From positions 1,178,001 through 1,242,000 of the forward strand of contig NC_081331.1 of NCBI RefSeq assembly GCF_022539665.2: 64,000 nt of DNA. Direction: 5' to 3'. A program made the translations under genes and the position numbers. Source of the stretch: Daphnia carinata. Its lineage: Eukaryota. Shown piece by piece: positions 1-12,557 of this stretch. The notes under the pieces were generated by a model, which saw only the letters and a program-made list of their open reading frames with translations, was not told where the DNA came from and searched no databases. Position 1 is the first letter of the stretch. Each line of letters opens with the position of its first letter.

Positions 1-10
1 GTTGAATTAG

Positions 11-2772
11 GGAGAACCGCGAACATGGGAAGAAATTGTCCAGATTGGAGAATGTCCACCGACTTGTTGTAACTTTCCTGTTGCTGTGGCACGCGATTCT
101 ATGTTCGTTTTCAGCGGCCAAAGTGGAGCCAAAATTACAAATAATCTCTTTCAGTTTCATTTTAAGAGCAAATGGTACGAACTATTATTATATTGATCTT
201 TCTTACATATTCAAATTCTACTCTTTTTCTAGCTGGACACGTATCACGACGGACCACATCTTGCGATGTGCACCTCCACCTCCAACACGCCGCTATGGGC
301 ATACTATGGTATTACACAGTCAAACTTGAATTAACAAAATAAACATTAAGGTCTTCGTTTCAGGTTGCTTATGACCGTCATTTGTATGTTTTTGGTGGAG
401 CAGCTGACAGTACTCTGCCGAACGATCTGCACTGGTACGTTTTTGTTCTTATATCTTAACTGCTAATTTGTTGTGTTATCGAAGTCCAACTAAAATTCTT
501 TTGTTTTTTTCACTAGCTTTGACTTGTGTACACAAACTTGGTCAGTAATTACGCCATCTGCAGATTCGCACCAAATTCCTTCGGGTAGACTGTTTCACGC
601 TGCTACTGTAGTTGGCGACGGAATGTATGTTGTTATGGATGATCAAAATCGAATCTATTAAATTTATTTCGTCAATGAGATTAGGTATGTTTTTGGCGGA
701 ACAGTTGACAATAACGTTCGCAGTGGAGAAATGGTTCGCTTTCAATTTTCAAGCTATCCAAAAGTAAGTTTTGCTAAGATTTTTGCACCCTTTTGTTATT
801 TGTTGCGCTAGAATTTTACACGCTGACTGGATTCACTGTAATTTCATTTGATAGTGCACTCTTCACGAAGATTTTGGAAAGTTACTCGAAACTCGCCAAT
901 TCTGCGATATCGAATTTGTTGTGGGACCGGATGAAAATACTGTTCGCGTACCTGCCCACGTAGCTCTTGTTGCCGCTCGGTCGCAATGGCTCAGGACTCG
1001 AATTCGTCAAGCAAAAGAATCTCGTGATAAACATTTGGAGAAGGTGTGTGAAAGAAAATTTTTCTTAGCTTTGGTAGCGAATGTCTTATGCTAAATCTGT
1101 TTGCAGGTTTTTGGTTCCTCCTTCGTTCCGTTCAAAGATTTGCCGCTTCTGGAAGTGCGATTAAGAGAAGCTGTTCCGGAGGCATTTGAAATGGTACTTA
1201 ACTTCATATATACAGGTTTACACCAACAAATATGAGAAAGCGAATGACAACCAATTAAAAATTTTTTTTTTTTTTTTATGTATTCTATCACAAATTTCTG
1301 AACCAAGATTCTATTGACCCTACGTTGAAAAGTGAGTTCTTTTTGTATTAAGTAACAGTTCTATGGCAACATTTAATCCTGTTAATTTTACTTTCGCAGC
1401 GGGAAAAGAATCAGCAACTAGTAATCGCGTTGTTTTGCTCATAATGGACGTTTACCGACTGGCTGTTCAGGTAACTCATTGGACATTAGCTTGGAACTTT
1501 TCAATTTCTATTAACTGCCATTTTTACAACTCACTAGTTCCATATGCGTCGATTGGAGCAATTGAGTGTACAATATCTAGAATCTATTATCAACCATCGG
1601 AACGTGTTGGCAGCGTTAGCAAATGCCACCACCTTGCGATTATACTTTATCAAAGAATTTTGTCTACGCTTCGTTGTCAAAGAATCAAATTATAACGCCA
1701 TCGTCATGAGCAATGAATTCGAGACCTTAGATCAACCTTTAATGGTAGAAATCATACGGCGAAGACAAGTGCCGCATGTACGTGCGCCCGTTGAGCCACA
1801 GTTTGATAATACAGGTAGTTGCTCAACTAAACCGCTTTCTGTGGTTTTTGAGTTTTACGTATTAACTGATTTGTTTTGTTTTCATCAGGCACAAATCTCG
1901 AACAAGACATGGAATCATTTGTACGTTCAATAGGAAAAGAATTTTGTGATGTTACACTGGTGCTAGAAGGAACATCCATTCCGGCGCATAAAGCCATTCT
2001 CGCAGCACGATGTTCTTATTTTGAAGCAATGTTTCGTTCCTTTATGCCCGAAGATTCTACGGTGAACGTAAGCATGCTACTGCTAATGTGAAAACATATT
2101 GGAACTAAATTGTCTTCTTTATACTTGTAACTTTTTTTTCTTAAAGATTGCCATTGGGGAGATGATTCCTTCCAGACAGTCATTCGATTCCCTTATACGC
2201 TACATTTATCACGGGTATTCAAATAAATGCCTGAAGTGCAATAAATATTGTAACATAAAACGTTTTCTCCAGAGATGTAAACATGCCCCCAGAAGATTCC
2301 TTGTACCTATTCAGTGCCCCATTTTTCTACGGTTTTACCAACAACAGGATGCAGGTTATTACTAAATTCTGAAACTTAAATTACTTTTCGAAAAATTTCT
2401 AGATTTTATGATTTGTGTCGATGTCTAGGCTTTCTGTAAACAAAACTTAGAGATGAATGTCACCTTTGAAAACGTAATCCAAATTCTTGAAGCTGCAGAC
2501 CGTATCCAGGCAATTGATATGAAGAAATATGCTTTGAACCTCATCGTTCACCACTTTCCAAAGGTATTAAGTAGGCTTTTGGCGTAGTCGTCGCTTAATC
2601 AATTGAACAACTTTTCGGTCACTATTTATTAATTTTTTAGGTGGCGAGAATGCCTCGAATACGCAGTTTAAGTCGAGAGCTTTTGCTCGATGTATTAGAA
2701 GCTTTAGCTGACGATATGAGTGACTCAAAACTTCAAGATCTATCATGCACCAGTCTGAACAGTGATGCATAA
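11..2772 (+). CDS. LZTR1: Leucine-zipper-like transcriptional regulator 1 (Kelch-BTB-BACK-BTB-BACK CUL3 adaptor); 5' end lies outside the window, multi-exon
   Basis: Spliced translation gives [78 protein letters not shown]2 [37 protein letters not shown], and [24 protein letters not shown]. The last exon 2641-2772 ends ...SLNSDA*. Introns are GT-AG. Confidence 0.95.
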
Positions 2773-3044
2773 AAGACAAATTTTTAATTTCCCACGGATA
2801 ATTTGTAAATAGTCGGTGTTAATGTTTCATCCTAATTGATCACTTACCTGTCTTACGCTTACACGAAAGTACTGTAATATAATCACGCAAAATTCGAATC
2901 TATTTAGTACTTCTAGTATCCAATAGCGATTACTGCTCGTTACAGAATTTTTGTTTCAGAATTATGACGCGAAGAGAAAGGAAGCCAACTGTATGTGTAT
3001 TTTGAGTACTTATAAAACATTGTATTTGCTTTCGCGTTGTTTGG

Positions 3045-3752
3045 TCAAAAGACATCTGCGTTCTCGTCATAACCGACTGGTTGCCGAGACAAAGACTCGG
3101 ATCGATTTAGGTCGGCTCGCTCTTCACTTTTCAGTTCAAAGTAAAAGCAGCAAACAGCCCACCAAAGGTAAAAGGCCAAGACTAAAAATGTTACAGAAAT
3201 TTTGTAAGGATTTATCGAATCAAAATATATCCGCAGCGCAAATCTTACTGATCACGAATAGAATAAATACGATGGGGATGACGCCTAGAGAATGTCTCAC
3301 TAGGCCAACTGCAATAAATACCGCTATAAAACACCTTTCGAGAAGTTGGACGATTAGCCATGACATTACTATGTGACGTCGACGATACTGGGCACCGTAG
3401 ATCAGTAGAATAGAAAATATTGCGAGTATGAATGCAAATACTGCAATAGCGATTGTGACATCGAAGGGCCCTAGCATAAATACGAATTAGTTAGGAGGTA
3501 ATTAGGAAAAAATATTTTAGTAATAAAGATGTTTGTACCGTTGACAACGATTTTGCTGGAGTGCAGAACACCAATCGTAATGTTGACCAGCTGTTAATGA
3601 AGCTTACAAAAAACAATGTGCAGAATGTACTATTCAAAAAACAAACATCAGAATTAAAGATGAATCAATACCATATCCACACTACCGATGATTTTAGCAG
3701 TTGTTTGGAGTGGGCAACAACACGAAGTCAATTTCATTTTGCAGGTCATCAT
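3045..3752 (-). CDS. Small four-TM membrane protein (DUF4728/LAPTM-like arthropod family), paralog 1, 4 exons
   Basis: Exon1 MMTCKMKLTSCCCPLQTTAKIIGSVDM; exon2 LVNITIGVLHSSKIVVN; exon3 ...FAFILAIFSILLIYGAQYRRRHIVMSWLIVQLL...; exon4 LAFYLWWAVCCFYFELKSEE...DVF*. All joined by GT-AG introns in consistent phase. The family label comes from the recalled N-terminal Cys motif and TM pattern. Confidence 0.75.
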
Positions 3753-5373
3753 TGACTCATCGATCAAGTCGATACGTGCGACTACCACTAATTAGAATCT
3801 GTAACACTACTAGTAACCTTCATGACATCTGCGAAGTTCAAGCTGTACCTCAGTGGTACACAATGTTTAGCCTCATGCCGCTTTCGAACTGCGCAGCTTC
3901 TGTGCCTCTTTTTGTCTATTTAAAGCCTCATAAACTATAAGATGTTTAAAAAAGAATATTTGTATATTTTGACGGTCTTATGTATGCAATGATGCTAACA
4001 AACAATTTTTGTACATTTTGTTCTTTTTGTTTAGTACGCAACGTAAATTGGCGGACGTACGGAGGAAAGCAGTAAACTATGTCATTCGGTGTACGATAAC
4101 AGTTAGCTTTCGTTCGCAAATAAATAAGTTAGACCTACCATAACGCCTGGCTTTCCGGTGAAAGAAAGGAAAACAAGTTTTCAAATAAATATGGAAGTGA
4201 CCCGATTTGACAATTGGGTCGGCCTACCACAACAATAAAAGTAGTATCCGACTTTTCAAGATTGCGGGACGTGCAGCAATCAACATTACAACGAAAAAGT
4301 GTGAAAATTGAGCATCTCACTTAAGGAACTCCAACTGATCAGAGCCAAAAACACTGAGCTTGTTTGGCAAGGATCGTTGAAAGACTACAGAAATAATCAA
4401 TTCTTCACAGCCCCACCTGACATAGAAATAAATAAATAAACAGAAGTTCTTATTGGCTACGGACAAACGTTAGTTTATATTGTAAGGTATCTTTTTCTGA
4501 CTCTGATCGTTTTGCTATTATTAATAAAATCTGCAAGACATTCTAGAATGAATAGAAGAGGTTACGTAGTAACTTTTATTCGAATAGCCGGAGAGGAGGG
4601 AGTAGAAAATGGTATATGAAGCGCTACAACGTGTTTTATGTATTATTGATGCAATCTTAGTTGATAATCTAATAGGAAGCAATCACTTTCGTAGCGAATG
4701 CTGTACGCACAAATTTCTGTTCCAAAAGAAACCACAAGTAGTACGAAAGCATTGGGCCATGAATGTAACTCTGGCAAAAACGTACATAACGCACCTTCGA
4801 CACGTTATGTAAGTATCATAGTAAAGAACGATGCACGTCTTGAATTTGCGATCCGAAGGCAAAAAAAATTTTTTCAACTGTATCTTGCACGGACTACAAC
4901 ACTTTCCCAAAACATATAATGATAATAATACAGAAAAAATTATTCTTAACATGATGGTTTGCGTCACATTAGAAACTTTACTGAAATGCGTTCAGCCTGT
5001 TTGTGGAAATATGGAAGCATCATAGGAATCAAAAGCGTAAAGAAGAGAAACTACTGCAGTCTACCATGAGCTTGCAACACATCGCTTTTTCTACGAGATA
5101 CCATAGACGTTTCCTACATATTAGAGAAAGTACTCGTCGCAAGTTCTCCTGAAAACTGCCATATGGAACATATTGAAAATGAAAACGTAGTTCTTAGGAT
5201 ACTTGAAACGAGAATGGAGACTGAGTTAATGTACGGTTTTGAGTCCTAGATCTTAGTCGAGGTTACTGAAAAAAGAGAGTTACCTATTATGAAAGATAAT
5301 AACATGGAGGATCCACCGTTATTGGTCGACAAATAAAAAAGAATAAGTGAATAATTTCGTGTCTTAAATTTAT

Positions 5374-6111
5374 TTAAACATCGGAAGTAATGCGATTAGC
5401 TGAAGCTTTGACAAGCCGGTCGTTCCTCCGTTTTTCATTGTCCTTGTCTTGAAGTTCGTGATAAAAGCCGTGAACAACCCACCAAAGATACATTCCTAAG
5501 GCTGCAAGGCGCAAGAAAAACATTATTCTTGATAATCTGCATACATTTCAGGGATGTTCACATACGTACTCATCTGGATGACCATTGCAACCACATAGAG
5601 TATTCCAAACCAAGTTCCTGTCGAAGCGAAGAAGAAACTTCGGATCAACATGTAGATATCGCGCGTACAAGCAATGAGTATTGTCGCAAAAAGCCACGGC
5701 ATCATCAGTTGCCTATGGTTACGGTAGACGGCATAAATAAGTAGGGCCGAGAAACTGGCCAAGATGAAAGCGACGAGAGTATTGGAAATATAACTGAAAG
5801 CCTTAACTCCATCGTACTCTCCTAACAAGATGCAGAGAAACCTAGCAGTTATAAACGATGCAAAACAAGTGAAATTGCAAATGAGGTATCACTCATAAAT
5901 ACCGACAAAGTCGATCGTGCTGAGTTGGTAACTTCGAAAAAATGCAGTGGCTAAGTTGACGAGCTGTCAAAGAAAAAAAATTAAGTGCAACCAGAAGATG
6001 TGAATATAAGCATGACCAACCACCAGGGAAAATTATCAATCGTACCAAGTGAAAGACGCTGATAATTTTGGAACCTTTCCGGAGAGAACAACCACACCAA
6101 CATTGTTTCAT
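5374..6111 (-). CDS. Small four-TM membrane protein (DUF4728/LAPTM-like), paralog 2, 4 exons
   Basis: Exon1 MKQCWCGCSLRKGSKIISVFHL; exon2 LVNLATAFFRSYQLSTIDFV; exon3 ...AFILASFSALLIYAVYRNHRQLMMPWLF...; exon4 LGMYLWWVVHGFYHELQDKD...TSDV*. Same exon layout as paralog 1. Confidence 0.78.
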
Positions 6112-8107
6112 ATTGGCTGTACAGTATTACAGTTTTCTATATGAAATAGCTGTATGGTGAAAACGGAATGAATCCCACACCGTCTCCACTGAATGCTGTT
6201 GGCCAACTTCATGGCTTTCTCTTTGGGCGAACGATAGAATAGCTTTGTTAATAGTGGCTAGCTATGTGTTTATTTTCCTTATGGCTCCAAACACGTAAGA
6301 GTTGTCTATTTTTGTAATAATAGCTTCTATGGTACCGTTTGTTAGTAAAGCAAGACATATTTTTAAAACAATAGCGATTCGTATTTACTCATATGGACTG
6401 ACCAGTTTCCAATATCAGTTCCAAAATCAGAGATTTTTTCAGTTAAAAATTCAGTAGTTCATTGATTTTTACCAAGAAATACATTTGGTGCAAGCTATTG
6501 AAATTGTATCTGTTTGATTTCCTCTATTCCATTTCTATATATCAGGTAGCATATCTGATGGTGAACGGCTCTCCGTTTTTGTTTTGCTAGTTACTAATTT
6601 CATCATACGAAAATAAAAGGAAAATATTGCGTTGTTATAATATTTTTACATACATCGTATGATGTATGTATGACGGAAAAAAAAAGACTGTGCCTATGAG
6701 GCTGAAACACTTCATGGCGCAAATAATTTTGCATTTGCTTCTCATACTGAACAATGCGCATTGTGCATACCATTTGCAGGCTTGTTGGTTCTTGTTTTAA
6801 AAAACGTCTAACAGTGAATCCCCGCTGGCTAAGAGATTAAAAATCTTGAAATTCACTTTCACTTTCTAACGCATCGCGCAATATGCGTTTTTTGTGCTCA
6901 AAATGACTCCGTGAATATTTGCACATGGAAACGTTACAACGTTGCACTTAGTGAGCAAAATGTTTCTCATTTAAACAATCTTTTTTTGCTTTGCGTCTAT
7001 GTTCTCAATGACAAATTTTAAAAAAATCTTAACTGTTGACAATGTACAGGGCTTTCTTTAACTACCATGAGGTATTAAGCACTCTACCGTACAGCAACTA
7101 TTTTTAGGGCAAAGCAATTAAATATTTCTTTGAAGGTCATTTTGTATACTCAAATTGCATCGAACCTCAAGTCAAAGTGACGTCATTGTTGTACCGTTCT
7201 CAACAATTAATCTTCAGTACCAGGGAGTGTTGCTAGCGTGAATTGCGCTTGTTTTTTCTCCTGAACCATGACCTGCATGTAGAAACATGTTTGAACGAAG
7301 CCAGATTGCATGTCAAACTGAATAAACGACGCAAAACATTTAACATAGGTTTTTACGATATGCTATCAAAGTGTGACTCGATCAACCGACCCACACAATA
7401 GTTCTTTGGCTTATGGATGCGTTATACGAAGTAACAAAATGCATTCATGTGAAAGTTGGTTGAAAGATTTCTTGTCGCAATAGTTGTCCTATAAAAGTAT
7501 TCCTTCTGAAGAATGGCGCCACCATACCGAAATTTTCGATAGTTTAAAAGGATTTATTTGAATAATAAAATACGTGTTCTCTGTCATTTCCTTGTCGTAT
7601 CGGAGACTTACAAGGACTACGCTACATGACACTAAATCACCCATCATTTAATACGCTTTTTTAAAATGGTATAGCAATCTCATCTTTAAAGTTATTCAAA
7701 CATTCGTTTGTTCAAACTAAGATATCTCTTAGTTCCAACCTATGGTTCATCTACAAACACTGCAATATCGATGTGTCGAAACGGGTGGAGCTAGTGACAA
7801 CAAAAGCGTAACCAGAACAAGCCACTGGAAACGGGGACGCGAATTATGCCGCCTCCCCGCCATAAATTTTTGAAAACATAACTGAGCATTAAAAAAAGAA
7901 AAAATGCTCTTTGGGTCCATTGTACCTGCTTCGTTCGCAGAAAAGTAAAAGGCGTCCGTAATGTTACTGGGCCTTCAGTTGCGCGTGTTACACGTTGAAC
8001 AACGGTAAGGCTTGAGCGTCTTCTGTTTTAGAAAACGCTGCCAGTATACGTTGAGAGCCTTCGGTAGTTATTTCGTCATAACTAGTTGTGAGAAAGGAAA
8101 AGCGAAA

Positions 8108-10216
8108 ATGCATTCCGAGAGCAGTATCGCTGATTTCTTCGCGGACAGGTCGGTTTTCATTACCGGGTCGACGGGGTTTGTGGGTAAAGTGCTAGTTGAG
8201 AAGTTGCTTCGCGCGTGCCCGAAAATCAAGCGTCTCTACCTGCTGATGCGAACTTCTTCGAGTAAAGATATTGCGACACGCCGAAGAGAGTTGATCAACA
8301 ATCAGGTACTATTCCACTTCCTAAAATAACTTTTGCCTTCGTTGCCTCACAATGGCACCTCGGGCAGGTGTTCGCCTGGTTGGACCAACCAAGTGCGCTG
8401 GACAAAATTGTCGCCATCGCAGGAGACATGACTTTACCAGGACTAGGGATTTCTGCTTCCGATATGCAATTACTCGTAGACGAAGTTTCGATCGTCTTCA
8501 ATTCTGCTGCCAGTGTGAGGTTCGATCATGAATTGAAGGATGCACTAGAAACTAACGTGAAAGGACCAAGGCAACTGCTGGCTATATGTCAGAAAATGAA
8601 AAAGCTTGAGGTTTGTGTCCTTGCAAACGATTTTTGGGGTTTCAGGTCATAAAAGACACTCTTTACATTCCAATAGGCCTTTGTTCATGTTTCAACGGCT
8701 TTCAATAACCTAGATAAGGATGTCGTTGGCGAAATGATCTATCCGTCCCATATGGATCCGATTAAATTGCTTAACTTTCTGGAGAGCATTGATGGAGATT
8801 TCACAAGGAGCATCACAACACAGTAAGTAATACATAAATTATCATATAGTGATTGAGTTTCACACGGAACGAACTCTTTTAGATTACTAGGCAAATCAAA
8901 CCCAAATACATACACATTCTCAAAATCCCTGGCTGAACAGATTCTAGAAAGGGAACGATTTAATGTTCCGCTGGCCATCGTTCGTCCTTCTATCGTAACA
9001 GGTAGATTTGGTTCACTAACCTACATACAGTATATATTGACATTGTAAACTACTACGAAAGATTAATAAATATTATTGTCGTCACACTCAGCTGCCGCTA
9101 AAGAACCTACTCCGGGATGGATCGACTCGCTATACGGCCCGACTGGTAAAAATATTATGAATGCTTGACTGATTTTATTGCCAAAGTGCCTTGAGATACT
9201 AAAGGTTGTTGTGCGCTGTTTTATCACCTCGAAAGGTCTTATTGCGGGTGGGGCAAAAGGTTTCCTCCGGCTCTTTAAGTGCGATGCTAGTTGTGTCATC
9301 GATCTAATTCCAGTTGACTACGCTGTCAACCTTATGATAGCAGTTGCCTGGCATCAAGCAATAACCAAGTAATAACGTAATTATTTTATGCTGCAATTCG
9401 CCTATATTCTGTTGTAAACGTAGACACCTTTTTTCAATCTCCAAATGTCACTGACCTTGTCGAATTGTGTCACAGGCCTTCGCAACTTACCATCTATACA
9501 TCTTCTACGAGCTATCACAATCCAATTACTATCCAACAGCTCAGATTGTTATCGGAAGATGCCGTTATTAAATACCCACCGAAAGAGATGATGTGGTGCC
9601 CAAGCGGAGAGTGTACCAATCGTGACTGGTATTTCCGGATCAACGTTTTTTTCACTCATTACCTCCCAGCCTACTGCCTTGATTTCATCAGTCAACTGTC
9701 CGGCAAACGTGCTAAAATGGTACTATCCTTTAATTACAAATTCATTTCTCAAATGACGACCCAAATTAATCAATTCAAAAATAGGTCAAGTTGTATGAAA
9801 GAGTATTTAAAGCGACTTCAAGCTTAGGTTTCTTCAATAGCCACCAATGGCAATTCGTGAGTGAAAACTCGTTGAAAATTCGGTCCAAAATGTCGGCAAG
9901 TGATCAACACATGTTCGATTTTGATGTCCGTCAATTGAATTGGCGAACATACTTCGAGACTTACGTTCAAGGCATTCGACAGTTTATCCTGAAAGATGAT
10001 CCTAGTACTCTACCACAAGCCAGGAAACTTCTCGTCAGGTACCACTTTCTTTAAGATCGGAATATTATCTATCCAATTTTCATTTCATTGATGCTATTAT
10101 TTAGGATGTACCTCCTCAAGTTATTCATCCGCTCTTTGGTGTCGATCTGTTTCGTACTTTCAGTTATAAGTAAAACAAGACACCTTTTCCAGAGCCCCAT
10201 TTCGTCTTTATTGTAA
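8108..10216 (+). CDS. Fatty acyl-CoA reductase (NAD_binding_4 plus Sterile domain, C-terminal hydrophobic tail), multi-exon
   Basis: Rossmann motif [20 protein letters not shown], then [17 protein letters not shown], catalytic [11 protein letters not shown] (YxxxK), [25 protein letters not shown] and [29 protein letters not shown]. Stop at 10214-10216. Confidence 0.93.
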
Positions 10217-10496
10217 ATCTTGCATTCGTAGAAGGATATCTTGATGTGCAAATATTCATTACTTTCTCCTCGAAGGTAGATATATCTAAAGTTAATGAAG
10301 TTTAAATCAAGGTAAATTCTCATACATGAATACGAAAAATTTGGCTGTTTAGCTATTAATACATGCATATATCGTAGCAATATTCTATGGGACGCCATTC
10401 GACCAACTTTTTATTGACAACTCCTATTCTGCGGTTTACCATTTATTTCAGGAATTTTATAGCCATCCTTCCCCTCCATCTAATGACAATGTAGAC

Positions 10497-11990
10497 ATTT
10501 CTGCTGCATCGCCCTAGCGCTGTAGCGTACTGGCGCGCTAGCATTGTGTCAAATATTCGGTGTATTTAAAAAAAAATTAACTTAATGAAAAAAAGCAATT
10601 TTCCCGGAATCAGCATTCAATTTTGAGTATATCCTGTGATATTCAACCAATTCCGATGAGTGTCAGTTTTTGCCGAAAAAAATTTAAGCCCGACTAAATA
10701 AGCCCGACTTTTCGTTTTTTACGTTTAATTAAAAAACCATATGGTCAACTGAAAAATAAATTTGATTTCCGTGATAAGCATTCAATTCTGAATCGAAGTG
10801 ATGTAATTTAAGTGAAATTTAAAATTTAGCCAAAAATGGAAAAGTGCAAAGGCTATAGCCTTACCACTTTTGTCAAAATCGGCCAAAAATGACATCTCTT
10901 GGAATACGATGAAAATCACGCAGTATAATCAAAATTTTATGCTGATTCAGAAAAAGCCACGTTTTCTTGTCTATTCAGCCGTTTTTGAATTACACAGAAT
11001 ATTCGTGCCAAAAATAAGAAAAGTCAGGCTTATTTAGTCGGGCTTAAAAATTGTTTTCTGCAAAAATCGGCATTTGTCGGATTTGGTTGAATATCACAGG
11101 ATAGACTCAAAATTGAATGCTGATGTCGATATAATTGTTATTTTTTTTATTAAGTCAACCGTTATGGAAATACACCGAATATTTCTGCTGCATCGCACTG
11201 GCGCTGTAGCATACTGGCGCGCTAGCTTTGTGCCAAATATTCGGTGTATTTCAAAAAAGATTGACTTAATGAAAAAAAATAGTAATTTTCCCGGAATCAG
11301 CATTCAATTTTGAATATATCCTGTGATATTCAACCAATGCCCCATGAGTGTCAGTTTTTTTCAGAAAAAATTTTTTAAGCCCGACTAAACAACTAAGTCC
11401 GACTTTTCTTAGTTTTTCGTTTTTTACGTTTAATTAAAAAACCAAAAGTCCAATTGGAAAATAAATTTGATTTCCGTGGTATGCATTCAATTTTGAACCG
11501 AAAGTCCGAAACCAGCTGATTCAGAAAAGGCCATTCATTTTCTTGTCGAATTGGACGTTTTCGAAATACACTGAATATTTGTACAGAATCGTGCTAGCGC
11601 TGTTGCGTACTGGCGCACTAGCATTGTTTCAAATATTCTTATATATACTGTATAAATGTATATTTATTAATATATTGGTTGTTTTGTTCTAAAACCATCA
11701 AATACTAACGTATGACTTGCGTAAAGATGACTTGCATACAAAATTTAACGAAATCACGAATGTTGGCTTTATTTTTTATTGAAATGTTAAGTTTTTTAAA
11801 TAAATGTAGAAGACATGTTGTCATATAGGAATTACCGTGGGAATTTTCCCTCAAAAATCTGCAAAACCTGACAGTCATTGGCATTTTTTGAAAATTACAG
11901 AAAATACTCAATAATGCATGCTGGTTGCGGGAAAAGTGTTGTTCCAGTTTTCCAGTACAACCCAGTTTTTAGGGCAAATCTCAAATACAA
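10497..11990. repeat. Complex direct plus inverted repeat array (foldback/MITE-like or satellite), non-coding
   Basis: 10497-10797 recurs directly at 11181-11502 (period about 684 bp). 11018-11184 is the reverse complement of about 10550-10713. A GAATCAGCATTCAATTTTGA-like core occurs about 7 times in both orientations. The junction motif GCGCTGTAGCRTACTGGCGCGCTAGC occurs 3 times (about 10517, 11201, 11596, the last more diverged). The right boundary is approximate. Confidence 0.85.
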
Positions 11991-12557
11991 ACTTAAATAA
12001 GTAGTATTCACTTCCGTTAAGATAAATGCATTACAAGCCGATCAAATAGTTTTCATTGTCGCTGGCTGAAACATGTGGTGGTTTTCTCAAATCTTCAATC
12101 TTATTTAATGGATGTGGCCGCCTGCATATATTTCCTCGTTGATAGGAATATAAGAAAAAGCGCTGTACTTGTTCCTTTTATTGCGCTATGCTCACACGGA
12201 TTGAGAATTTCGATCCAAACAAAGCTAGCGTGGATCTATCTTTGCGGGCCTTCAATAACCCGATGTAATAAACATGAAAAACATTTCCAATTATTGGAAA
12301 CAGCTAAGCCAGCGGTAAGCTTAAAAAAAAAAGTACGTCTCGCACACGATAAATTTAATTCAATGCAAGACTTAACATGGACGAGGCTTCATTTTGAATC
12401 TTTCGCTCACAATAGTGATTGTAACTGGGCAATTAACATTTGCGAGGTCTCGCGGCTCGAATTGAAAAATCTCCAACAGAAAACAAGAGGAAAAAAGGAA
12501 AAAAAAAAGGAAGATACGATCTTGACGTCGTCACCAAGATGACTCGAACTACACTTT

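Noticed and set aside
4683..4967. Cys-rich 94-aa minus-strand ORF with a hydrophobic N-terminus, resembling a secreted peptide
   Set aside because: No recognisable cysteine framework or processing sites, overlapping ORFs of similar length on the other strand, and no convincing splice model. It cannot be distinguished from chance.
6647..6670. Perfect 10-bp hairpin TACATACATC-GTAT-GATGTATGTA
   Set aside because: Too short for a miRNA precursor and made of simple (TACA)n-like sequence.
11074..11313. Overlapping sense and antisense ORFs with mutually similar sequence
   Set aside because: Artefact of the palindromic repeat. No transposase or other domain.
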